A stretch of 63,978 nucleotides of DNA, counting the filler. It is 8 parts of 8 records of this genome, joined end to end, with 100 filler letters (N's around TTAATTAATTAA, not from the genome) between each part and the next. Parts side by side here need not be neighbours in the genome. Positions count along the whole stretch, not along the records: positions 50,641 to 58,691 come from SRR31147125_15824; positions 58,792 to 63,978 come from SRR31147125_15906; 6 more parts are not named here. One strand, 5' to 3'. The stretch's first letter is position 1. Each line of letters opens with the position of its first letter. Made by a program: the position numbers and the translations under genes. Shown here in pieces: positions 53,287-62,751 of the stretch. The notes below the pieces were generated by a model. The model saw only the letters and a program-made list of their open reading frames with translations. It was not told the origin of the DNA and made no database searches.

Positions 53287-54048
53287 ATGAATAAAAATGC
53301 TCAAAACAGCAATAATATTGTCGGTGTTATCCCGGCCAGGTATGGTTCATCCCGATTTCCAGGTAAGGTGCTGGCCGATATTAGCGGAAAATCCATGATT
53401 CAACGGGTGTATGAGCGCGCGAGTTTGTCGAAAACATTGAATGAGCTTGTTGTGGCTGTGGATGATCCCAGGGTGCAGGAAAAAGTGGAAGAATTTGGCG
53501 GCAAAGCCATCCTGACCGGGGCAGAACATCAATCCGGAACAGATCGGATTGCCGAGGTGGTGGAAAAGGTTCCTGCCGATATTGTTGTCAATATTCAGGG
53601 TGACCAGCCTCTGCTTGATCCCAATATGATCGATGAGGCAGTGCTGCCCATGATAGATAATCCGGATATTCACATGTCCACATTAAAGCAGGAGATAGGT
53701 AAAGAAGATTTTGATGATCCGGGTGTTGTTAAAGTTGTAGTGGATGATAATAATTTTGCTCTGTATTTTTCCAGGTCCCTGATCCCATACCCGCGCCATG
53801 AAAACAATTTACGGGTTTTTGAACATGTGGGTCTCTATGTTTATCGCAAAGATTTTCTTTTGAAAATATCGAAAATGCCAATGGGATATCTCGAACAAAT
53901 TGAATCCCTTGAACAACTCCGCGTCCTGGAAAAAGGCTATAAAATACTGGTTGTTGAAACGAAAACAGACAGAAACTCCGGAGTGAGTGTGGACACGCCT
54001 CAGGATCTCGACAGAGTCAATAAAATATTAAAAGAGATGAAAGGATAA
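53287..54048 (+). CDS. kdsB: 3-deoxy-manno-octulosonate cytidylyltransferase
   Basis: IPARYGSSRFPGK, HQSGTDR, NIQGDQP, ALYFSRS, LEQLRVLE, SVDTPQDL. Confidence 0.93.
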   Translation: MNKNAQNSNNIVGVIPARYGSSRFPGKVLADISGKSMIQRVYERASLSKTLNELVVAVDDPRVQEKVEEFGGKAILTGAEHQSGTDRIAEVVEKVPADIVVNIQGDQPLLDPNMIDEAVLPMIDNPDIHMSTLKQEIGKEDFDDPGVVKVVVDDNNFALYFSRSLIPYPRHENNLRVFEHVGLYVYRKDFLLKISKMPMGYLEQIESLEQLRVLEKGYKILVVETKTDRNSGVSVDTPQDLDRVNKILKEMKG

Positions 54049-54052
54049 AAAA

Positions 54053-55240
54053 ATGGCCAAAAACAGAGAATCCATCGAGCGCCTGTATCAGAGTCTGTCA
54101 GCAGACACGAAAGAGTTGCTGGATCGTGCCATAAACAGCATCGTCTCTGCCAAGAGAAAAGGGGGCAAGGTCGTTGTTGTCACCGGCAGTGGTCCGAACA
54201 TGCACGAGGGTGTGACAACGCTTCTTGCCGAACTCATCCATAAAGATATTATTGATGGCGTTACTACCAGCTCGGCCGTGATTGCCCATGAAATGGCTGG
54301 CTCCCTGGAAAAGGTGAAAAGAGTGGACGGGAAAGAACTGGGATTCCCGCAAGAGATTCTTCCCAGGGGACACGTTTTCGAAGCGAATATCATGCCTGAC
54401 ATGCTTTTACAGCAACTACAGGAAGAAATGCTCATTGACACAGCGTTGCTGGAAAAAATACTTTCCATGGATGGGGATGTGATCATAAAAGCCGCCGGTA
54501 ATATGGCCTACCCACTTGGGTTGCGCAGCGAGAACCTGGCCAAAGAGATCCTTTTTATTGCGCGAAGCAAGGGACTCCCTTTTGAAACTGTGGCTGGTGC
54601 CGGTGCGGACGAATACACCATGCTTGGTGCTGCTTTTGCCAAAGGGATACCGATCCTTGTCACCATCCCGCAGTTGATCGGCGGTGGCATGGTTGGTTTG
54701 GCGATCGGGGATTCCATTTCCATTACCGAAAGAGCCACCAAAGTGGCGGAGATGATGCAATCAGCTGATGTGATCATTGAATCAGCTGTGGCACTGACCC
54801 AGGAAATTCATGACGGCCCGTTTGAGTCCTATACCGGCCATGGAATTTGGTCGAATTGGGAGGGCTATCCCACTTATAGTTTAAAGGATAAAACCCTGAT
54901 TCGCATCGACCTGGATCCGAGCCTGAAAAAAGCATGGGATTTTGAAAAACAATCGAGCCAGGTACAGACAGCCATTGATCAGGGATTGCCCAAAACCAAA
55001 CTCATGTCCATCCCGTTTCGCATGGAAATGTCCGGATTTGCGCGTCTGGAAAAGAGTATTCCGGTTATAGCCGATTTAGGCGTGATCTGGCCCATTATAG
55101 GGATGCGTCTTGAACAGGAACTGGGAATGTCGCTTGATTTTATCTCCTATCCGCAACAGAGTCCGGAAGGAAAAGCGATGCGGGAGTGGATTGTGGATCA
55201 TGTGCAACCGATTAAAAAAGAAAAGCTGTTTTCTGCCTGA
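54053..55240 (+). CDS. Uncharacterised deoxyhypusine-synthase-like (DHS-like fold) protein
   Basis: AKRKGGKVVVVTGSG...LAELIHKDIIDGVTTSSAVIAHE and TMLGAAFAKGIPILV resemble DHS/HSS segments; 4 nt after the kdsB stop. Confidence 0.5.
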   Translation: MAKNRESIERLYQSLSADTKELLDRAINSIVSAKRKGGKVVVVTGSGPNMHEGVTTLLAELIHKDIIDGVTTSSAVIAHEMAGSLEKVKRVDGKELGFPQEILPRGHVFEANIMPDMLLQQLQEEMLIDTALLEKILSMDGDVIIKAAGNMAYPLGLRSENLAKEILFIARSKGLPFETVAGAGADEYTMLGAAFAKGIPILVTIPQLIGGGMVGLAIGDSISITERATKVAEMMQSADVIIESAVALTQEIHDGPFESYTGHGIWSNWEGYPTYSLKDKTLIRIDLDPSLKKAWDFEKQSSQVQTAIDQGLPKTKLMSIPFRMEMSGFARLEKSIPVIADLGVIWPIIGMRLEQELGMSLDFISYPQQSPEGKAMREWIVDHVQPIKKEKLFSA

Positions 55241-55311
55241 TTCAATTTGTCAAAACTTCTTGTGGTATTAAAAAAACAAGACACGAATTCAAAACTGTGG
55301 GTGAAAAATAA

Positions 55312-56466
55312 ATGGAAAATTCTGTCATGAATAAAAGACAGCTTGTTCACCTGTTTGTTTTCCTGAACGTGATATTGTTGTTTGGTTGTGCAAAAAAAGA
55401 AACTGACATGTCCAAAACGGATTCCGCTATCACCACAGAGAGCCCTGGTGTTGTGTCAAGTGAGTTTATCTTTGACACAGCACCATTTGCACAATGCCAT
55501 GCCTCAACCATCGCCGAAACAGATGAAGGGCTGGTAGCAGCCTGGTTCGGCGGCACAGAAGAGAGTGAACCGGATGTGAGTATCTGGTTGTCGCGCCAGG
55601 AGAAGGATGGCTGGTCAGCCGTGGAAAAAGTCGCCACAGGAGAAGAATTATCCGGTCGCCAGGTGGCATGCTGGAATCCGGTGCTGTTTCAGCCACAAAA
55701 CGGACCTTTAATGTTGTTTTATAAAGTCGGTGACGATGAACCGGAGTGGTGGGGCGAATACAAGACCTCCATGGATGGCGGTCAAAACTGGGCGCAGGCC
55801 ATCCGATTGCCAGATGGTTTTCTCGGTCCCATTAAAAACAAACCCGTCCAGTTAGCAGATGGCTCGATTCTGAGTCCGTCGAGCATTGAGTATTATCACA
55901 TTGAAAACAACGATACAAGCGAAGTCTGGCAGGTGCATCTTGAATTATCCCGGGATATGGGTGTAACATGGGAAAAAATCGGTCCGCTCAATGATGGTAA
56001 GGAATTTAATGTTATCCAACCCTCTGTTTTGCTCTACCCCAACGGGAACATGCAGCTCCTGTGCCGGACCGAGTATGCGCAACGTATTTACCAGGCCTGG
56101 TCTGAGGATAATGGCGCAACCTGGGATAAAATGACTCCGACAGAATTGCCCAATCCCGATGCCGGCACAGATGCGGTGATGCTCAAAGACGGACGTGCCC
56201 TGCTGGTCTATAATCACAGCACCAGTGATACCAAAGATCGCCAGGTGTTAAACGTGGCTGTGTCTGAAGATGGTGTAAAATGGTTTGCCGCCCTCGTGAT
56301 GGAAGACCAGGAAGGCGAGTATTCCTATCCGGCTGTTATCCAGACCCGCGATGGCCTGGTTCATGTGACCTATACCTGGAATCGTAAAAAGATCAAACAC
56401 GTTGTCCTGGATCCGGCATTATTTGAATTGAAAGAGATTCGTGAAGGTGTGTGGCCGGGGGACTGA
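55312..56466 (+). CDS. Exo-alpha-sialidase-like BNR-repeat lipoprotein
   Basis: Lipobox LLFGC; CHASTI, WFGG, GPIKNKP; Asp-boxes SMDGGQNW, SRDMGVTW, SEDNGATW, SEDGVKW; EYSYP. Confidence 0.9.
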   Translation: MENSVMNKRQLVHLFVFLNVILLFGCAKKETDMSKTDSAITTESPGVVSSEFIFDTAPFAQCHASTIAETDEGLVAAWFGGTEESEPDVSIWLSRQEKDGWSAVEKVATGEELSGRQVACWNPVLFQPQNGPLMLFYKVGDDEPEWWGEYKTSMDGGQNWAQAIRLPDGFLGPIKNKPVQLADGSILSPSSIEYYHIENNDTSEVWQVHLELSRDMGVTWEKIGPLNDGKEFNVIQPSVLLYPNGNMQLLCRTEYAQRIYQAWSEDNGATWDKMTPTELPNPDAGTDAVMLKDGRALLVYNHSTSDTKDRQVLNVAVSEDGVKWFAALVMEDQEGEYSYPAVIQTRDGLVHVTYTWNRKKIKHVVLDPALFELKEIREGVWPGD

Positions 56467-56564
56467 CTTTAACGAATCCATTTTGTAGTTTATTCAAGGG
56501 AGTTCTTTCTAATGGGGGATGAAACATCCACCCAAAATGTTCACGGTTTGTTGAATATATAATT

Positions 56565-56756
56565 ATGTCAAACATTATTATGATATTAGCAGGTTTGTTT
56601 TTTATAATTGGTTATAAAAAATTGGGAATGAAAACGGCCGAATTTCATAGTTATATCCCTAAAATCATGGGCGTGAAATCTGAAACTGTATATAAAATTG
56701 GCTATTTAATTATAGGAATTTTATTTCTTATCGATGGTATTATTCGATTTATTTAG
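56565..56756 (+). CDS. Small 2-TM membrane protein (63 aa), paralog of the next ORF
   Basis: TM-KTAEFHS-loop-GYL-TM. Confidence 0.7.
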   Translation: MSNIIMILAGLFFIIGYKKLGMKTAEFHSYIPKIMGVKSETVYKIGYLIIGILFLIDGIIRFI

Positions 56757-56790
56757 TTTTCCGATCGCCCGGTACATCCATGACGGGGAT

Positions 56791-56894
56791 ACAATAAAAT
56801 GAATTTGAATTTCCCGACTCATCACAGACAAAAGCACAGACCAGGGTAATTTTCCCATATTTTTTACAACCAGGATGCCTCTTTAGTCGCTCAG
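56791..56894 (+). repeat. Degenerate ~105-bp intergenic repeat, copy 1
   Basis: ACAATAAAATGAATTT.AATT...GACTCA...CCAGGAT...GTCG.TCAG shared with 57726-57828. Confidence 0.65.
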
Positions 56895-56932
56895 GTTATG
56901 TACATGAAAAAAATGAAACGGAAGAAATCATT

Positions 56933-57148
56933 ATGTGGAATTTATCATTTGATAACTTGATAATAACAATATTTGGTATTATTACAATTATTTTTCACGA
57001 AAAATGGGCTAAAAGCACGGCAGAATTTCATAGTGTTTTGTCAAATAGAAGTAAATTATTCCTGGAAAAATATTTTTACTTTGGATATTTATTTGGTGGT
57101 GTGGTTTTTACTGTTGTTGGGATTTTAGGAATGTTGGGCAAAATGTAA
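56933..57148 (+). CDS. Small 2-TM membrane protein (71 aa)
   Basis: TM-STAEFHS-loop-GYL-TM; same motif as 56565-56756. Confidence 0.7.
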   Translation: MWNLSFDNLIITIFGIITIIFHEKWAKSTAEFHSVLSNRSKLFLEKYFYFGYLFGGVVFTVVGILGMLGKM

Positions 57149-57330
57149 TTTAATGTTTTTAGTGCTAAGCAATCCGTATTTAAATTATAGGCAAGAAATC
57201 AAATCTTAACGTAATTTGGGGTGGAAATTAAATCCTAGAAACCAATTTGTGTAGTTTTTCAGTTTGGTTATTATTATGCTAATTTGATTATCTATGATTT
57301 CCATTTTCCAAAAACTACTTTTTATAAATT

Positions 57331-57657
57331 ATGAAAATGTTAAAATCAACAAGACGGCTAAATAGAAGAACAGAAATTTTTATTAGTTTTTTTTATGCAT
57401 TGGCGATAGTGATAATATATTTATTTATAAGGTCTTCAAGGCACAATGTACCTTTAAACGAATATTTTACACTTGCTGGTTCTGTTGTTTTTATTATTGT
57501 CTTTATACTAGCACTCGCGAGTTTAATTTATGTGGAAGTATTAAAACAAAATATCAAAGAATCTCGAAAACTAGTTTATTATAAACTTGATAAGAGGATT
57601 CTTTTTTATATTCCTTTGGTGGTTATATTATTGTTTGAATTATTTTTTATAAAATAG
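57331..57657 (+). CDS. Small 3-TM membrane protein (108 aa)
   Basis: Three hydrophobic segments; AT-rich ORF. Confidence 0.6.
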   Translation: MKMLKSTRRLNRRTEIFISFFYALAIVIIYLFIRSSRHNVPLNEYFTLAGSVVFIIVFILALASLIYVEVLKQNIKESRKLVYYKLDKRILFYIPLVVILLFELFFIK

Positions 57658-57725
57658 ATACTTTTTTCTTGACTGGGATTTCCATATCCAGGGTGTTTAA
57701 TGATTCGTATAATTTAGTCGGGCGC

Positions 57726-57828
57726 ACAATAAAATGAATTTTAATTCTTGACTCAAAAAACAAAATCATCAACAGATATGAATATCCAAGTTCACTTGTA
57801 GCCAGGATACATATTTTTGGTCGATCAG
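57726..57828 (+). repeat. Degenerate ~105-bp intergenic repeat, copy 2
   Basis: Aligns with 56791-56894, starting with a 16-nt exact match. Confidence 0.65.
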
Positions 57829-57874
57829 AATAAAGTAAGAAAGGAAATATTTGGAATTCCAGAGGAGAATTAAA

Positions 57875-58507
57875 ATGAGAAAAAGAATATTTGAGATAAT
57901 TATAATATTTTTGATTCTATTATTGGATTCAATGTATTGTAAGGCGGATGAATCTACAGATATAATAAAATATCAACTTTTGAAAGAACATTTTGAAGAC
58001 TATAATATTACTAATACGATTGAAATTAAAGATTTTATTAATAAAATTAAAATGATTTTGGATGATGAATATTCAAAATGGACAGAAAATAAAATCCTTT
58101 TAACAGAAAATAATATCGATATTTTTAGATTTTTATCCTTTGGTGCTGTGGGTTTTTATGTTAGATATTATGCCATCGATAATAAGAATAATTATTATTC
58201 TATTGATGAGCCTGTGGATTTTATTAATACAATTTCAAATGAACTGGTTCTTCCAGATTCATTAAAATTACAGTTTTTCATCAAGATATATGATAAAATA
58301 ATGTGTGATAATTCTGACGTCATATTTTATACAGATTATGATGAAGAAATATTCGGTCCTTATTTGACATATGAATTATTTAATTCAATATATAAGAATG
58401 ATAAAAATGAATTGTGCATGATGAAATTATACCAAATAAAATATGATAATACAGAAGATAGATACCAAATTAGCTATTTTTTAAATGATCAAGGTAATTT
58501 CGAGTGA
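57875..58507 (+). CDS. Secreted acidic hypothetical protein
   Basis: GAGGAG RBS before ATG 57875; signal-peptide-like N-terminus. Confidence 0.65.
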   Translation: MRKRIFEIIIIFLILLLDSMYCKADESTDIIKYQLLKEHFEDYNITNTIEIKDFINKIKMILDDEYSKWTENKILLTENNIDIFRFLSFGAVGFYVRYYAIDNKNNYYSIDEPVDFINTISNELVLPDSLKLQFFIKIYDKIMCDNSDVIFYTDYDEEIFGPYLTYELFNSIYKNDKNELCMMKLYQIKYDNTEDRYQISYFLNDQGNFE

Positions 58508-58691
58508 AAAAAATATTAGTCAAAAGAAATTAACATATGCTTAAAATCTAATAATTTTTTCGGTCTTCGTGGCCTGTCAATCTTTCCTAGGCCATCAGTA
58601 ATAGGGGACTTCAGTTCCAATCGTTACCAGATTGATATGACTTTATTTAGTAAGGAAGAGATGAAAATGTTACGTATAATAACACTTTTTT

Positions 58692-58791
58692 NNNNNNNNN
58701 NNNNNNNNNNNNNNNNNNNNNNNNNNNNNNNNNNNTTAATTAATTAANNNNNNNNNNNNNNNNNNNNNNNNNNNNNNNNNNNNNNNNNNNN
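58692..58791. other. Artificial contig linker
   Basis: N44-TTAATTAATTAA-N44. Confidence 0.98.
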
Positions 58792-58793
58792 AA

Positions 58794-59819
58794 TTCGTCC
58801 TGCAGAATTACAGTTGCCCGGCCAGCCCTTTCCTGATGTTCCTGCCCTTCATCGCATTGGCACTGCCCGAGGACTCACCGTTCTGGACGGCCCGGGAAAA
58901 CGAAGGATTCTGGGAAACGATGGGTGACGATGTGCGGCAGACCGTCCTGGATCAGCCGGGACTGGTGTTGATGAACTACGGGAAAACCGGTACCTCGGAT
59001 ATCATTCCCGGCAAGGTGTACTACAACGATCCCAACTACGGCAAGTTGGTCTACAACACTCATTTCCCCTGGGAGGATCGAAACCCCGACGGCGGATCGG
59101 CCATGGAATACAGTTTCCGCAGTCTCGATCCCCGGGACTTAAGGGGCGAGGATGTCAATTTCTATCTCACGGGAATATCGGTAGGGAACGATTCAGAGAA
59201 AAACCAGGCATTCAGCGGAGCCCAAAGCATCCTCTACAACGGTACCCGGGACAGTGTCGTATACCGGCAGGCCATCATGAGGCGGCCACCGAACAACGGC
59301 GTCGGCTACATCCTGGATCTCGCTGAGTTCCCGGTGGATTACGGCGTGGTTCGGGTTGATCGTTCCCGCCTGGCATTCGAGCATGAACTTACCCTGGGAC
59401 ATTTCGGACTGCCTCATACAGATGGCATCGCGGCGGAAGTCAAGCGGTTCCAATCCGAATCCCGGCAAGGCCTGACAGTGTCCATTCCCGGACGGAGCCT
59501 GGCATTCCTGGTGTATCGGGGATGGGACAGCATAGACGTACTTACCCATCAGGGAAATAACGCCGAAGCCGACGAAAGTACTGTTGCATTCGCACGCAAA
59601 CGTACATCGAAGAATCCCGGTATGGAGTTGATGATTACTGTGATGCTTCACCGCACCGACGGATTGGAATGGACCGAGGAGGAACTCAACCCGATCCGCG
59701 ATATCCGTGTATCGGACATCATGCCTTCTGGTTCTGCTCTGGGAGCGGAAATAACCTTGGCCCAAGGCAGCGTGCGGACGGTGGATTTCAAGGATATCGA
59801 CGGATTCAAATCATGCTGA
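58794..59819 (+). CDS. DUF2264-like protein, C-terminal part (5' truncated)
   Basis: YSCPASPF...FIALALPEDSPFWTA matches the end of the DUF2264 domain; YGKLVYNTHFPWE. Confidence 0.7.
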   Translation, partial: FVLQNYSCPASPFLMFLPFIALALPEDSPFWTARENEGFWETMGDDVRQTVLDQPGLVLMNYGKTGTSDIIPGKVYYNDPNYGKLVYNTHFPWEDRNPDGGSAMEYSFRSLDPRDLRGEDVNFYLTGISVGNDSEKNQAFSGAQSILYNGTRDSVVYRQAIMRRPPNNGVGYILDLAEFPVDYGVVRVDRSRLAFEHELTLGHFGLPHTDGIAAEVKRFQSESRQGLTVSIPGRSLAFLVYRGWDSIDVLTHQGNNAEADESTVAFARKRTSKNPGMELMITVMLHRTDGLEWTEEELNPIRDIRVSDIMPSGSALGAEITLAQGSVRTVDFKDIDGFKSC

Positions 59820-59906
59820 GTTCGTCGGGGGACGGGAAATGGAAGGTTTTATTCGGCGTTTGATCGGGCCGAGTATCACTTGAGAGATCCTGTCTCGATA
59901 ACTCAA

Positions 59907-60959
59907 TCACCGGCGTCCAGTCATCTTTCCAAACCAGTGGGTCAGTATTGAAGAACCCGCCAGTACAGCGGCACTCATGAGAGCCCACTCACCATAACCC
60001 AGTGAGTCGGCCTGTATAAGCAGCATCATCCAACCCAGAATCAACCAATGAATGATATAGAAAACTGTCACTCGCCGGCTCAGAAAAGCGAAATATCCAG
60101 TGGCCAGACGATCCTTCAATCGCGAGGAAATCCATATAACCCCCAGCGACCACAAGAGGGCAATGCCGGTGATTCCAAGAATGCCACCCAGGCCCATTTG
60201 GCCGTAATCATAGTAGAAGAAATCATAGTTCCAAAGAGTAAGAGCAAGGCCCGCCCCAAACAGGATCAGTGCTGTGTAACAGATTCGAATGACCAAAATA
60301 CGGCGATCTTCATACATCTCCAGGTATCGCCCTATGCTCATGCCCACAAGAGGGAACCACAACCAGGGGAAGAGAGGAAAAGTCACAAGGTCGGTATCTG
60401 CACCCCATAGAGGCTGGAGAAACCGTCCCAATACGGGGATATTCTCACCAAGTCCCCACAGGAGCGGAGACACAACAGCGACAACAGAAGCTATCGCCAA
60501 CCATTCACCAGCCCTGTCAAAGACCAACCTGATGGCGCCCATCGCAAGATACGCCAGACCGGCAAAAACAAGAATCTCGACATTCAGAAAGAGCCAGGTA
60601 TATGTGTACATCTCAGGGACAACCATTGGCAGATTGAGTAATTCCGTTCCCAGATAGATGGGAGCGACTCCCTTGAAGAAGTTAAGCAGATAACCTATGG
60701 CCAGCAGTATCGATCCCCGCCGAAAACTGTGTTGTGGTTTGAAGAACATTCCCATCAGAATCATGAAGACAGGTGCTGCCGGCGGTCCCCCCATGAAGTC
60801 CACAACCACTGCAAAAGTACTTCCCATGACTGCGGGATCAGCATAAATGTTCAGAACATGGACCAGTACCATGAAGATGACCGCCAGACCGCGAACAGTG
60901 TCCAGTGCCGGTATATGCTCCCGGCGACGTAAAGTATTCATGAGGCGTATGATGAGCAT
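59907..60959 (-). CDS. Membrane acyltransferase (HGSNAT/DUF1624-like)
   Basis: RIPALDTVRGLAVIFMVLVH-type start (HIPALD here), AAPVFMILMG, FPLFPW, FYIIHW; multi-TM. Confidence 0.8.
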   Translation of the reverse strand: MLIIRLMNTLRRREHIPALDTVRGLAVIFMVLVHVLNIYADPAVMGSTFAVVVDFMGGPPAAPVFMILMGMFFKPQHSFRRGSILLAIGYLLNFFKGVAPIYLGTELLNLPMVVPEMYTYTWLFLNVEILVFAGLAYLAMGAIRLVFDRAGEWLAIASVVAVVSPLLWGLGENIPVLGRFLQPLWGADTDLVTFPLFPWLWFPLVGMSIGRYLEMYEDRRILVIRICYTALILFGAGLALTLWNYDFFYYDYGQMGLGGILGITGIALLWSLGVIWISSRLKDRLATGYFAFLSRRVTVFYIIHWLILGWMMLLIQADSLGYGEWALMSAAVLAGSSILTHWFGKMTGRR

Positions 60960-61029
60960 ATTCGAAGAGGTTCAGATATAGGAAATTGTTCCTAATCGCT
61001 CTGACAGGCTAGAATCAGGAAGGAGAGTT

Positions 61030-61965
61030 ATGTTTCATCTGGTCTTCTTCCTGATCGTCCTCAACCTCGCCATCGGAGCAGGTGCTGCCGTTATGCTGGC
61101 AACGCTCCTGAGCCGTTTTCGGCAGAAAACTATTCTCTGGTACCTGGTAATTCAAATCAGCCTCGGCCTCGCTGTCTTCACAGACCTGTTTACATTCTAT
61201 TTGTCTCTGGTTCTGACCGACAAACAGTATCTGGCGTCAGTATCGGCTGTGATCTACCATATAGTGCTCGGCAGTATTGCCGGGTTCCTGCCGTTGATGA
61301 CCAACTGTCTCCTGTCCCAATCCAATACGAATCTGCGCGTTGTAAGTGCCGTTGTCTTCCCGATTCTATTTCCCTCGATGATTCTCATCCATTTCGTCAC
61401 GAACATCGACCTGTTTTCCTATGTTAACGAAGTCTCTATCCTCATCATCATTGCGATATCCGCAGCTCGGCTTCTGCTGCAGCGACGTGACAGGTCTGAT
61501 CCAGCTGATCCGTTGCGGAGAATCGCTGTGTTCACTGCAACTCTCATGTTGATTTTTCTACCTCTCTTTGCCTTCGAGATAGCATTCGAAGAGGTTCTGA
61601 TCAGACCCACCAGCGTATTCATGGAAACTTCGGCTTTCATGCTGATTCTGTATCTCATCTGGAGTATTGCAAACATCATCCATATCTCACCACTGTTCAC
61701 TGAGGAGTACCGCAGAAAGTCCTTGGAGCTTTCAGAAGATGTGATGAGCGAAATAGGCCTGTCACCACGGGAACAGGAGATTGCGTTGCAAATAGCTGCC
61801 GGTGCCTCCAACAAGATGATTGCAGGAAACCTTTTCATTTCTGCCAGTACAGTAAAGAATCACATTACCCGTATCTTCAGCAAAGCGGGAGTTAACAGTC
61901 GGATGGAACTGGTTCGGAAACTGATGGATGATTCTGACGCCGATATCGACGCCGGAAATATATGA
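61030..61965 (+). CDS. Multi-TM sensor fused to LuxR-type HTH regulator
   Basis: About 7 TM helices, then GLSPREQEI...GASNKMIA.NLFISASTVKNHI.RIF.K; divergent from the acyltransferase. Confidence 0.9.
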   Translation: MFHLVFFLIVLNLAIGAGAAVMLATLLSRFRQKTILWYLVIQISLGLAVFTDLFTFYLSLVLTDKQYLASVSAVIYHIVLGSIAGFLPLMTNCLLSQSNTNLRVVSAVVFPILFPSMILIHFVTNIDLFSYVNEVSILIIIAISAARLLLQRRDRSDPADPLRRIAVFTATLMLIFLPLFAFEIAFEEVLIRPTSVFMETSAFMLILYLIWSIANIIHISPLFTEEYRRKSLELSEDVMSEIGLSPREQEIALQIAAGASNKMIAGNLFISASTVKNHITRIFSKAGVNSRMELVRKLMDDSDADIDAGNI

Positions 61966-62133
61966 ACCCGGAAGGCCAGAGCACGGGGCAGCCCACGACA
62001 TCTGAGAGTACCTGATGGACCCGGAACATGCAGCTCGCCTGGCCCGGGAAGCGCAAGATCGCTGAAGGGTCGAATCCGTGGTTCGTGTTCCTGAACACTC
62101 TCCAGATGAATAAAACTACACCACGCCCTGACG

Positions 62134-62751
62134 TCACCAGCCCAAACCATAAATAATCGACAACACCACAGTAAAGACAATCAGAACGGAGAACCATTTC
62201 CCTGAGAACTTCGGCGTTTTGATAGGGGCCAGATTAAAGGCAGCAAGTATCAAGATCACTGCATAGAGAATGATCGAAAAAGTCGAACGATCAATGAATC
62301 GATATCCCAGAAACAAAACGGTGAGGATGATGATGTTATTGTCCAGCGCCAATCCCTGGTAGGTATGACTGTCGACAAGTCCGAACACGTTGAAATAGCT
62401 CAATCGAATAGCGGCAACAGCCACTGGAACGAATGCTCCAGGCAGGAACCAGACACCGAACCCGCCAAAAGCAAGCAGGAACAATCCGGGGAAGACTCCG
62501 AAACTGACAATATCAATTAATGAATCGAGATTGGCGCCAAAGGATTTCTGTTGTTCTGATCGACCGCTCATTCGGCGGGCGACGATACCATCGGCCCAGT
62601 CAAAAACGACAGCCCAGAGAGCTGCCACAAGAGCCAGTTGAAATCTCCCGAGAATGGCAGCATAGATCCCTGAGACAGCGCATAACAGTCCTATGAGAGA
62701 GACAATATTCGGCAGATCCAGGGCATAGGAGACCATGCTGTTTTTTTTCAT
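62134..62751 (-). CDS. CDP-alcohol phosphatidyltransferase family protein
   Basis: DWADGIVARR...FGANLDSLID matches the DxxDGxxAR...GxxxDxxxD signature. Confidence 0.93.
   Translation of the reverse strand: MKKNSMVSYALDLPNIVSLIGLLCAVSGIYAAILGRFQLALVAALWAVVFDWADGIVARRMSGRSEQQKSFGANLDSLIDIVSFGVFPGLFLLAFGGFGVWFLPGAFVPVAVAAIRLSYFNVFGLVDSHTYQGLALDNNIIILTVLFLGYRFIDRSTFSIILYAVILILAAFNLAPIKTPKFSGKWFSVLIVFTVVLSIIYGLGW

Noticed and set aside
56467..58691. Classical integron cassette array
   Set aside because: Spacers lack paired RYYYAAC/GTTRRRY ends with an attC-type palindrome, and no intI is visible; retained only as an unexplained array.
9987..58791. Recurring TTAATTAATTAA as a biological repeat or CRISPR-like element
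   Set aside because: Always centred in N44 padding; it is an assembly linker with stops in all frames.
61962..62130. Possible small ORF or RNA between luxR and the CDP-alcohol transferase
   Set aside because: Only short frames without a convincing RBS or fold; at most a gene remnant.
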